A stretch of DNA of 64,000 nt from Bacteroidales bacterium. GTDB lineage: Bacteria > Bacteroidota > Bacteroidia > Bacteroidales > P3. The position numbers and the translations under genes are program-made. The notes beneath the pieces were generated by a model. That model made no database searches and was not told where the DNA came from. It was given only the letters and a program-made list of their open reading frames with translations. The stretch spans positions 2,090-66,089 of the forward strand of contig JBAYYI010000003.1 of NCBI GenBank assembly GCA_041673165.1, in the 5' to 3' direction. Shown here in pieces: positions 10,051 to 17,700 of this stretch (the stretch's first letter is position 1; each line of letters begins with the position of its first letter).

Positions 10051-10082
10051 ATACGCTGAAAGGATTTGCTGAATCAAAGGAA
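10051..10082 (+). repeat. Dispersed 31-nt intergenic core element, copy 1
   Basis: ATACGCTGAAAGGATTTGCTGAATCAAAGGAA. The shared consensus with the copies at 27058, 36065 and 52296 is CGCTGAAAGrATTTnnTGAATCAAAG. Confidence 0.8.
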
Positions 10083-10151
10083 TAAAAAATTAAAACGCCG
10101 TAATAATTTTCTAAAACAAAGAAAGGATTTCCTAAAATAGCGTTTCATTTC

Positions 10152-10238
10152 AGTAAGGTGCCACCTTACACATAGTAACCCGCCACCTTACTCGAGTAAC
10201 CTGCCACCTTACTATAAGTAACCAGGCACCTTACTCAA
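10152..10238 (+). repeat. Four tandem 21/22-bp units with core GTAAnnnGCCACCTTAC
   Basis: GTAA begins at 10153, 10175, 10196 and 10218. The first unit, GTAAGGTG-C-CACCTTAC, is a perfect palindrome. Confidence 0.85.
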
Positions 10239-10264
10239 TTAATCCTTAGTTTTAAGAAACTAAA

Positions 10265-10300
10265 CCTTTGATTTGCAATATTATTACTTGATATTTCAAC
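10265..10300 (+). repeat. 36-bp conserved box, copy 1
   Basis: CCTTTGATTTGCAATATTATTACTTGATATTTCAAC. It matches 60568-60603 at 32 of 36 positions. Confidence 0.8.
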
Positions 10301-10372
10301 TCTCATTATCTATCATATTCAATTTCTTGCTAATTCAAGCCTTAAACCTATAAGAAATCCAAAACAATTTCC

Positions 10373-10380
10373 TATCTTTG
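10373..10380 (+). promoter_or_regulatory. -7 box TATCTTTG (MutS-related gene)
   Basis: CCTATCTTTGAAG, 55 nt upstream of the ATG at 10436. Confidence 0.5.
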
Positions 10381-10435
10381 AAGCGTGAAAGATTCGACGA
10401 CTAAGGTTGAATTAGTTACTTGAAGTAAAAGAATT

Positions 10436-12025
10436 ATGAATAGTCTTATTACATATATAAAGGGGTTATTTAGAAAAGAGAAAGAAGAAATTGAATCTCA
10501 GGATATTGATATTTCGGATTTATCTTTGTTTTATGAGCTTAAGAATGATAAGGAGTTTAAGGAGGCAAATAAGCAAGTTGTTCTTGATTTGGATTTGAAT
10601 GATGTCTTCTATAAGGTTGATAGGGCAAATTCTATTATAGGTAAACAGTATCTTTATAATCATATAATAAGTCAAAAAGTAAGTAAAAAAGATATTGATA
10701 TTATTGAAAAGAATGTTGATTATCTAATAGCAAGTGAAAAGAAAAAAAATGCCTTAGAAAAGATATTACAAAAGAGAGAATCTACTAAGCTATTACAGTT
10801 ACCGCATTTATTCATAGGCTCTGCATTTCCTTTGGACAAGTATATAAAGCTTTATTACCTACTCTCTTTCTCAGCCGTTTTATCACTTATATTATCGTTT
10901 TTCAACCCTTCATTTCTCTTATTGTTTATATTTATTGCAATAACAAATACTGCAATTCACTATTATAATAAAAGGAAACTATTCGTATTTCTCGACTCCA
11001 TATCTCAGTTAGAAACCTTATATAATATATCTCTTAAGATAGAAAAAACAGCTATAAAGCTAATAGAACAAGACGATACAAGAGAGAGCATTAGGGCATT
11101 ATCAAAAATAAGACATTGGTTAAGACCAATGAGCATAGGGAATGTTAATGAAACAAACGCAAATGAACTAATGGCTGTTTTTTTGGCCCCATTTGAACTA
11201 TTAAAAGGATTCTTCCTTATAGAGTTAATCGCAATGCACAAAGTCTTAACTGGCATTGAAACACAAAAAGAACATATATCTATATTATATAAATCAATTG
11301 GAAAGAAAGACCTCTATTTATCTATTTTGAAATTAAGAGAGCAAATGCCTTACTTCTGTAAACCAAAGTCTACAATGGATAATAAAACATTAGTTTGTGA
11401 GGCTGTTATCCACCCTTTGGTTGAAGATTGCATACCTAATAGCATAAGCCTAAACCAACAAAGCCTAATTATTACAGGCTCTAATATGTCAGGTAAGACA
11501 ACATTTCTTAGGACAATTGCAATAAATAATATACTTGGAAACACCTTAAACACATGTTTTGCTAAGAAATTTGAGGTCTCAAGAATGCAGACCCTAACTT
11601 CCATACGAGTAAAAGATGACCTTCTTTCTTCAAAAAGCTTTTTCTTTGAAGAGGTTTCTCTAATAAAAACTCTAATAGATGCCTGTTCAAAAGAGGAGAG
11701 ATATCTTTTTATTATCGATGAGCTATTCAAAGGAACCAATACAAGAGAAAGAATAGCAGCATCGAAATCTATCCTCCATTACTTAAATAAAACACACCAT
11801 ATTATACTATTTTCTACCCACGATTTAGAGCTTATAGAACTGCTTGACGATGATTTTGAGAGAGGATATTTCACAGAGAGTGTAGATAAAGGGGAGATAT
11901 CATTTAACTACACCCTCAACATAGGCAAGAGCTACGACACCAATGCAATAAAGATATTGGAACTAAACAACTACCCACAAGAGATAATAGATGACGCGTA
12001 TAGGAATATAAAGGAAATGGAATAA
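10436..12025 (+). CDS. MutS-related ATPase (MutS domain V only) with N-terminal membrane segments
   Basis: 529 aa. The C-terminal part carries ITGSNMSGKTTFLRT (Walker A), SFFFEEV, LFIIDELFKGTN (Walker B) and STHDLEL. Residues about 140-175 form two hydrophobic helices. No mismatch-binding or Smr domain recognised. Confidence 0.75.
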   Translation: MNSLITYIKGLFRKEKEEIESQDIDISDLSLFYELKNDKEFKEANKQVVLDLDLNDVFYKVDRANSIIGKQYLYNHIISQKVSKKDIDIIEKNVDYLIASEKKKNALEKILQKRESTKLLQLPHLFIGSAFPLDKYIKLYYLLSFSAVLSLILSFFNPSFLLLFIFIAITNTAIHYYNKRKLFVFLDSISQLETLYNISLKIEKTAIKLIEQDDTRESIRALSKIRHWLRPMSIGNVNETNANELMAVFLAPFELLKGFFLIELIAMHKVLTGIETQKEHISILYKSIGKKDLYLSILKLREQMPYFCKPKSTMDNKTLVCEAVIHPLVEDCIPNSISLNQQSLIITGSNMSGKTTFLRTIAINNILGNTLNTCFAKKFEVSRMQTLTSIRVKDDLLSSKSFFFEEVSLIKTLIDACSKEERYLFIIDELFKGTNTRERIAASKSILHYLNKTHHIILFSTHDLELIELLDDDFERGYFTESVDKGEISFNYTLNIGKSYDTNAIKILELNNYPQEIIDDAYRNIKEME

Positions 12026-12071
12026 AAAAGATATTAAAAATACTAAGGTAAAATTAAAAACACTAAACAGA

Positions 12072-12605
12072 ATGAAACATCAACAAATAATAACATTAAA
12101 TAAAGGACTTGTTTTTATATCGTTTATTTTGCTTTGCTTGTTTTCTAATGCTCAATCTTTGGTTAGTTTTGATTGTGAAGAAGAAACAGAACATATAAGC
12201 ATAAAATTAAGAGCTTTAACTCCATTTATGCTGAAAACTGATACAAGTGATAAAGAAATAGAGTGGATTGAAAACACATTATATTTTATTAAAGGGGATT
12301 CTATTTTGAAATGCCTCAGTTATGGAGAAGCAATAGAATGTTTAGATGCTATATATAAAGTAAAATATAAGAATACGAATATCTATATAGTTGACTTTTA
12401 CGAACTTCTTGTGGGATATAGCTATTGTATTATTGTAAGAGAAGATTTGCTGGAGGTTTTTATAACAGATATATACAATTTGAACGAAGAACTTTATGAA
12501 TTAGACTATAGCAGTATAGATTTTTCAAATAATAGCATTACTACTTTAAGAAACAAGGATACAGACGACAAGAGACAAGTATATTTCAAAAAAATTCAAC
12601 CGTAA
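12072..12605 (+). CDS. Hypothetical secreted protein
   Basis: 177-aa ORF with an N-terminal signal peptide (LVFISFILLCLFSNAQS). No recognisable domain. Confidence 0.4.
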   Translation: MKHQQIITLNKGLVFISFILLCLFSNAQSLVSFDCEEETEHISIKLRALTPFMLKTDTSDKEIEWIENTLYFIKGDSILKCLSYGEAIECLDAIYKVKYKNTNIYIVDFYELLVGYSYCIIVREDLLEVFITDIYNLNEELYELDYSSIDFSNNSITTLRNKDTDDKRQVYFKKIQP

Positions 12606-12618
12606 AGACATAAGAGTA

Positions 12619-13064
12619 ATGAAAAATAAAGTGAAATTTATGAGTGAAACAATATTAATTCCCAAAAAATCTGTAGGTATATTTAATATTAATGATAGAA
12701 TAAAAAACTACACTTATTTACATCATACCAAAGAGCATCATATAGAAACGGATTTTTCTTACGATAGTTATGACTTTAACGTAAAAGGTATGGTTTTATG
12801 GGTTGAAATGATGTAATTGAATCTATTTGTTGTAGCGAATCATGTTATCTTAATGATAAAAACCTAATTCTTATGCCTTTTGAAAACTTTCTATCTGAAT
12901 ATAATGTTATCCCAGATTCATCAGAAAAATCATATCTATTAGTAAATGGCAGAGGACAAAATCAAATTGTATATGAAATTGAAACATTAGGACTACAGAT
13001 TTGGGTTTGGAGAGGGAAAATTAGAACAGTTATTGCAAACAACTATGTTGAAGAAAATGAATAA
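12619..13064 (+). pseudogene. Small hypothetical gene split by a frameshift (ORFs 12619..12816 and 12873..13064)
   Basis: Frame 1 stops at 12814-12816 (WVEMM*). Frame 3 is open from 12807 (NDVIESICCSESCYLNDKNLILMPFENF...). The two frames overlap only across 12807-12813. A 1-nt shift there would give one protein of about 145 aa. Confidence 0.4.
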
Positions 13065-13232
13065 ATCTAAAGATTCTTATAAAATAAAACACGATTATTA
13101 CATTTATTTATACCCTATCAGGTATAGTTTATAGTAATTGTTGAGTATTCGTACCCGAAAGGGTATAATTCAAACGTTTAATACATAGGGAGGAAAAGGA
13201 ATATTGAAGTAATTAATTGATAATAACACATT

Positions 13233-14129
13233 ATGAACAAGGCTAATAGAACAACAGCAACAAGAATATTAATAACAAATATGTTTTTTCTAATAACAGT
13301 TTTGAGTGTTAATATATCATTTGGGCAGACAGATAAGCTGGGAGAAATAGTTGATAGAATTGCTGAAATAAATGTAGTTCAACATGAATACATTGGTATT
13401 GAATTTTCGGAAAGTGATAATTATAAAAACTTTAAGCAACTAAAAGACATTGCTACAACAGAAGAGTTAGTGCTTTTGACAGATAATAAAAATGCAACAG
13501 TTGCTTGTTATGCGACTTGGGCTTTAGCAGACAATAATTATAAAGATTTGAAAACTATTTTTCAAAAATTTATCTTAGAAGACAGAGAGATCAGAGATTT
13601 TAGTGGTTGCATAAACATGAACGATTATATTTCTTCTTCATTATATCATAGATATTGGGGTAGAATGTATATTAAAAAAACACTAACAGACAAGATACTA
13701 ATTGAACTAGACAGTATTATCATATATAGTAAAACCCCTATTAGTTGGTTGCTTATAAAAAGAGCATTGGATAATAGAATTTACGTAGAACCTTATAAAA
13801 CTCAGATTTCAATATTAGCATTTGAAAGAGAAAATATGGATGCAGTTTTATATTTATCTACTTGGCATAAAGCTGAATATGCAGATAATATTAAAGTAGC
13901 TCTTCTTAAGTATTTGAAAGAACAAGATTTTGAAGATTCATGGGCAAAAGATTATTATACAATAGTTGAAGAGTTATTTAAATTTAATGATCCTGAAATC
14001 AAAAAAGCAATAATTGCTAAGATGAAGCAGGATAGACATTGGGAAAAAGAGAAAGAACTTTTTAAACGCTTACTTTCTAATAATGGTATTTATAATATAG
14101 AGAATGAATGGGAAAAGCAACACTATTAA
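13233..14129 (+). CDS. Hypothetical exported or membrane-anchored protein, helical-repeat-like
   Basis: 298-aa ORF with an N-terminal hydrophobic segment (ILITNMFFLITVLSVNISFG). No motif recognised. Confidence 0.45.
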   Translation: MNKANRTTATRILITNMFFLITVLSVNISFGQTDKLGEIVDRIAEINVVQHEYIGIEFSESDNYKNFKQLKDIATTEELVLLTDNKNATVACYATWALADNNYKDLKTIFQKFILEDREIRDFSGCINMNDYISSSLYHRYWGRMYIKKTLTDKILIELDSIIIYSKTPISWLLIKRALDNRIYVEPYKTQISILAFERENMDAVLYLSTWHKAEYADNIKVALLKYLKEQDFEDSWAKDYYTIVEELFKFNDPEIKKAIIAKMKQDRHWEKEKELFKRLLSNNGIYNIENEWEKQHY

Positions 14130-14297
14130 ATTCCTTATCGGCTTATTGCTTATATTGAAGATGTTATAATGTCGTGGGGTTGGTTCTATATTGATGGTGA
14201 GTGGAGAGATGATATTTTTGATTCTGAGAATATATCAGATTAGGGGCTATTAAATAAAACAAAAAGACAGAAATAGCAAATTGAGATAATTGCAACA

Positions 14298-14906
14298 TTA
14301 CTTATAATCAAATACAAAAGGAGTATTTAGGAGATTATAATGTTCATCTACTAAGGATGTGTTGGCAAAGGTTGTGTGAGGGGTTTCTTTTATTCCGTAT
14401 GCATCGTGTATATGACCGAAGAGATTGTAGCGAGGCTTGATTTTTGAGATTGCTTTTAGTAAGTCTTGGCAACCGTAGTTTATTGTGCCTGAACAGTCTA
14501 ATATGCCTAAGGGTGGGCGATGTGAGATTAGGATATTGGTATCTTTGGGGATAAGTTTTATTGATTGTTCGTAGTCGGCAGACATAGCTTCTGAGACGAA
14601 GAATGGTAAGCCAAAGATATTTATATTTTCAATAGTTATTCTGCTTTTGTCAAGATAGTAACAGTTATTTGGTAATAAGTTTTGAATGGTTTTTATATTT
14701 TCCCCTTCTAAACAAAAATCGTGGTTGCCTCCTATAAAGATTTTATATTTATAATCTAAACTACTAAACCAGTTAATAAAATTCATAAGCTCTTCGTCTG
14801 TTCCTGCAAAAGAAACGTCTCCCGAGTGAATTATTAGGTCGGCTGAGGGTAAGTTTTTAACCTTTCGATGTAGGTTATGGGTGTCGGAGATATGAATAAT
14901 ACGCAT
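14298..14906 (-). CDS. Metallophosphoesterase (calcineurin-like phosphoesterase superfamily)
   Basis: 202 aa. Motifs: IIHISDTHNLH, HSGDVS, GGNHD, GHIH. The start is only 5 nt downstream of the rnfE stop. Confidence 0.8.
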   Translation of the reverse strand: MRIIHISDTHNLHRKVKNLPSADLIIHSGDVSFAGTDEELMNFINWFSSLDYKYKIFIGGNHDFCLEGENIKTIQNLLPNNCYYLDKSRITIENINIFGLPFFVSEAMSADYEQSIKLIPKDTNILISHRPPLGILDCSGTINYGCQDLLKAISKIKPRYNLFGHIHDAYGIKETPHTTFANTSLVDEHYNLLNTPFVFDYK

Positions 14907-14911
14907 TATTG

Positions 14912-15502
14912 CTATGCCTTGCTGGTCTTTAGTTTGTTTATGATTGCTATTAGGTAACCGAGGGCAATGAATGCTCCTGGTGCTAAGACGAAGATTAGGA
15001 TTCCGTCGTGGTCGCCTATGAATTTGTAGTTAAAGATTGAGCCTGCACCTAATATTTCTCTTACTGATCCAAGTATGGTTAGGGCTAAGGTGAAACCAAG
15101 TCCCATCCCTATTCCGTCAAGCATTGAGTCGAATACTGTGTTTTTGTTGGCATAGGCTTCTGCTCTTGCAAGAATTATACAGTTTACTACAATAAGTGGG
15201 ATGAAGATTCCTAAGCTTGCGTATAATGCTGGAACATATGCTTGCATTGATAATTGTAAGATAGTTACAAATGATGCTATAACAACAATAAACGCTGGTA
15301 TTCTAACTTTGTCTGGTATATAGCTTTTGATTGCAGAGATAACTATATTTGAACATATAAGTACAAAGGCTGTTGATAAGCCCATTCCTAAGCCATTGAT
15401 TGCAGAGGTTGTTGTTCCAAGGGTTGGACACATTCCAACTAAGAGTACAAATATTGGGTTTTCCTTTATTATTCCCTTTGATAATATACTTAACTTACTC
15501 AT
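14912..15502 (-). CDS. rnfE: Rnf electron-transport complex subunit E
   Basis: The track ORF is 14912..15553. I moved the start to the internal ATG at 15502 (MSKLSILSKGIIKENP) because the longer form overlaps rnfG. GMCPTLGTTTSAINGLGMG and NCIILARAEAYA resemble RnfE/NqrD rather than RnfA/NqrE. Confidence 0.8.
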   Translation of the reverse strand: MSKLSILSKGIIKENPIFVLLVGMCPTLGTTTSAINGLGMGLSTAFVLICSNIVISAIKSYIPDKVRIPAFIVVIASFVTILQLSMQAYVPALYASLGIFIPLIVVNCIILARAEAYANKNTVFDSMLDGIGMGLGFTLALTILGSVREILGAGSIFNYKFIGDHDGILIFVLAPGAFIALGYLIAIINKLKTSKA

Positions 15503-16100
15503 GGCTATTGGTTTTTTCTTGTTCTTGATATGTTTTATAAGCTTGGAAGGCATCTCTTATTGAAGAAAGAAAAGCTCTTGAGGATATTGTTGAGGCTGTT
15601 ATTGCATCAATATCTCCACCATCTTTACTTACGGTGAAGTTTACCGTAGAATTCTTTCCTATAATTGTTTGATTTGCTTTTGTTGATTTAAACCACTGGT
15701 CTATTTTTGAACCTAAGCCTGGGGTTTCAGCAGAAGATAGGACTGTATAGTTTGAAATGTTTCCTTTATCATCAACTCCAACCATTATTTCTATTGTGCC
15801 TGCATATCCCTCTGTTGAATAAGTTTGTATTGCCGCTCCGACAAGCTCTCCGTTTTCTTTTGCTGGATAAATTATAAATGGTTTTTCTCTTCCCTCAAGC
15901 TTAATTTCAACAGGCTGTCCTACTTTTGCATTCTTGTTTGGAAGGACATCCTTTATTGCATCTTGTTGCTTTTTGCTTTGAGCTGTTGCAATAGGTTCTT
16001 TTGTTACGGTGTAGATTCCTGCTAACAAAGAAGAGGAGATAAGAGATATTATGCTTAGAGATAATATCATATTTTTTAAAGACGATTCTAATTTTGCCAT
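15495..16100 (-). CDS. rnfG: Rnf electron-transport complex subunit G (FMN-binding)
   Basis: 201 aa. N-terminal TM anchor and an FMN_bind-like domain with DAITASTISSRA (covalent FMN Thr/Ser motif). Confidence 0.85.
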   Translation of the reverse strand: MAKLESSLKNMILSLSIISLISSSLLAGIYTVTKEPIATAQSKKQQDAIKDVLPNKNAKVGQPVEIKLEGREKPFIIYPAKENGELVGAAIQTYSTEGYAGTIEIMVGVDDKGNISNYTVLSSAETPGLGSKIDQWFKSTKANQTIIGKNSTVNFTVSKDGGDIDAITASTISSRAFLSSIRDAFQAYKTYQEQEKTNSHE

Positions 16101-16124
16101 AGTTTTTCTTTCTTTAAAATTAGT

Positions 16125-17087
16125 TTAGTAGCCAAAAGGTTTTGGTTTGAAGCCTTTGTTGATTAGTGGAGTTACTGCGTTCATAATAAGAATTGCAAAT
16201 GAGACTCCCTCTGGCATAGGTCCAAAGCTACGGAATATTATTGTTAGAACACCACAACCAAATCCAAAGACTAACTGTCCTTTATAGGTTATTGGCGAGG
16301 TTACCATATCTGTTGCCATAAATATCGCACCTAACATCAGACCTCCTGCTAACATATGATATGCAGGATTCATATATTGACTAGGGTCAACAAGCCATAG
16401 AACAAGAGCTAATGCTGCTGCACTAAGTAGGAATGATACGGGTATATGCCAAGTTATTACTTTTCTAAATAACATTATAAGACCTCCTATAATAAGAGCA
16501 AGAGCAGAAACCTCTCCTATTGATCCTCCTATATTCCCAATAAACATATTCCATAAATCAACAGCTTGACCGTTTTTTAGGGCAAGAATTGGTGTTGCTC
16601 CTGTTGTTGCATCTAAAAAGGGGGAATTAAAGATTGCTCCTGCTTTTGGTAGAGGCCATTCAGACATTGCAACCTTAGTTGGGAAAGATATAAAAAGGAA
16701 TACACGACCAACAAGTGCTGGATTGAAAGGGTTTTTCCCTAAGCCTCCATAAGACATTTTTGCAACTCCAATTGCAACCAAAGCTCCAATTGCAAGAATC
16801 CAAATTGGAACACTTGAAGGGAGGTTGAAAGCAAGTAGGATGCCTGTTATAACAGCTGAGCCGTCTTTAATTGTTGGAGTAACCTTAAGAACGAATTTCT
16901 GAATAAGCCATTCAAATAAGACACATAGGAAAACAGAAGTTAGAGTTACTACTAAGGCTGGTAAGCCAAAATAATATACTCCTACCAATAGGGCAGGCAA
17001 AAGGGCTATAACAACCGTCCACATTATGCTTTTTGTGGTTTGTTTGCTCTGAACGTGTGGTGAACCCGAAACAGTTAATAATGCCAT
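16125..17087 (-). CDS. rnfD: Rnf electron-transport complex subunit D
   Basis: 320 aa, polytopic. SPH near the N-terminus and DATTGATPL (flavinylation motif of RnfD/NqrB). Confidence 0.9.
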   Translation of the reverse strand: MALLTVSGSPHVQSKQTTKSIMWTVVIALLPALLVGVYYFGLPALVVTLTSVFLCVLFEWLIQKFVLKVTPTIKDGSAVITGILLAFNLPSSVPIWILAIGALVAIGVAKMSYGGLGKNPFNPALVGRVFLFISFPTKVAMSEWPLPKAGAIFNSPFLDATTGATPILALKNGQAVDLWNMFIGNIGGSIGEVSALALIIGGLIMLFRKVITWHIPVSFLLSAAALALVLWLVDPSQYMNPAYHMLAGGLMLGAIFMATDMVTSPITYKGQLVFGFGCGVLTIIFRSFGPMPEGVSFAILIMNAVTPLINKGFKPKPFGY

Positions 17088-17117
17088 ATTTCAAAAGTTT
17101 ATTTATATATTCTTGTT

Positions 17118-17693
17118 CTATCTCTTAGAGTCTAAATAAGACCTTGTGGAACGTATTATCTCTAAATATTTTATCTTATAATCTAATTCAAAATCCTCCT
17201 CCTTACAAAATGAGGTAAAGGATATAACCTTGTTAAACATTTTAATGAAATAGAAGTAGCTAATGCAAGGTTCATCTCCAACATAATATTTAGCCATAAA
17301 CCAAATAGCTTCTTTACCATTAATCGTTTCTTTTCCTTCTTTCTCAATCACAAAATCATTGAAAAACTCAGACCAATCAATTGAATGAAAGTTTGCATCA
17401 AGATAATCCTCTAAGCTTCCTTCATCCCAGCGGCTTGGACTGATTTGTATCTTCTCTTCAATAATCTCAATATCGCTCTCAGAGTCCATCTCATCTTCTG
17501 AATACTCTTCTGAAAAAGGACTATAAATTGTTATCTCTCCTTCTTGACCCTCTTCCAATTGCCAAGTGTCAGGATAGGAAACCATGAAATCATTAACCTT
17601 ATCGATATATAATTCTTTCCCTATTTGTTGTGCAGAAACTTGTGTGCAACAAAGAGCTAAGGATATGAATAATATTATTTTAATAAGTTTCAT
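17118..17693 (-). CDS. Hypothetical secreted acidic protein inserted between rnfC and rnfD
   Basis: 191 aa. Signal peptide (ILFISLALCCTQVSAQQ) and an acidic stretch (EEYSEDEMDSESDIEIIEE). Tightly packed: 7 nt after the rnfC stop and 30 nt before the rnfD start. Confidence 0.55.
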   Translation of the reverse strand: MKLIKIILFISLALCCTQVSAQQIGKELYIDKVNDFMVSYPDTWQLEEGQEGEITIYSPFSEEYSEDEMDSESDIEIIEEKIQISPSRWDEGSLEDYLDANFHSIDWSEFFNDFVIEKEGKETINGKEAIWFMAKYYVGDEPCISYFYFIKMFNKVISFTSFCKEEDFELDYKIKYLEIIRSTRSYLDSKR

Positions 17694-17700
17694 TTATTAA

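Noticed and set aside
10020-10435. Chromosomal replication origin (oriC), also considered for 60424-61373
   Set aside because: There is only one weak DnaA-box-like 9-mer (ATATCCACC near 10035), no cluster of TTATCCACA boxes, and no dnaA, dnaN or other typical oriC neighbours. A plasmid-type iteron origin remains only a hypothesis for 60920-61245.
14169-14243. 24-aa ORF (MSWGWFYIDGEWRDDIFDSENISD) in the spacer after the 298-aa hypothetical gene
   Set aside because: It is too short and has no start context. It may be a remnant of a decayed gene, but nothing supports it.
15503-15553. 17-codon extension of rnfE overlapping rnfG
   Set aside because: The internal ATG at 15502 gives a typical RnfE N-terminus and reduces the overlap with rnfG to a few nt.
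16912-17094. 60-aa minus-strand ORF overlapping the 5' end of rnfD
   Set aside because: It is an alternative frame of the rnfD start region. The rnfD frame carries the conserved motifs.
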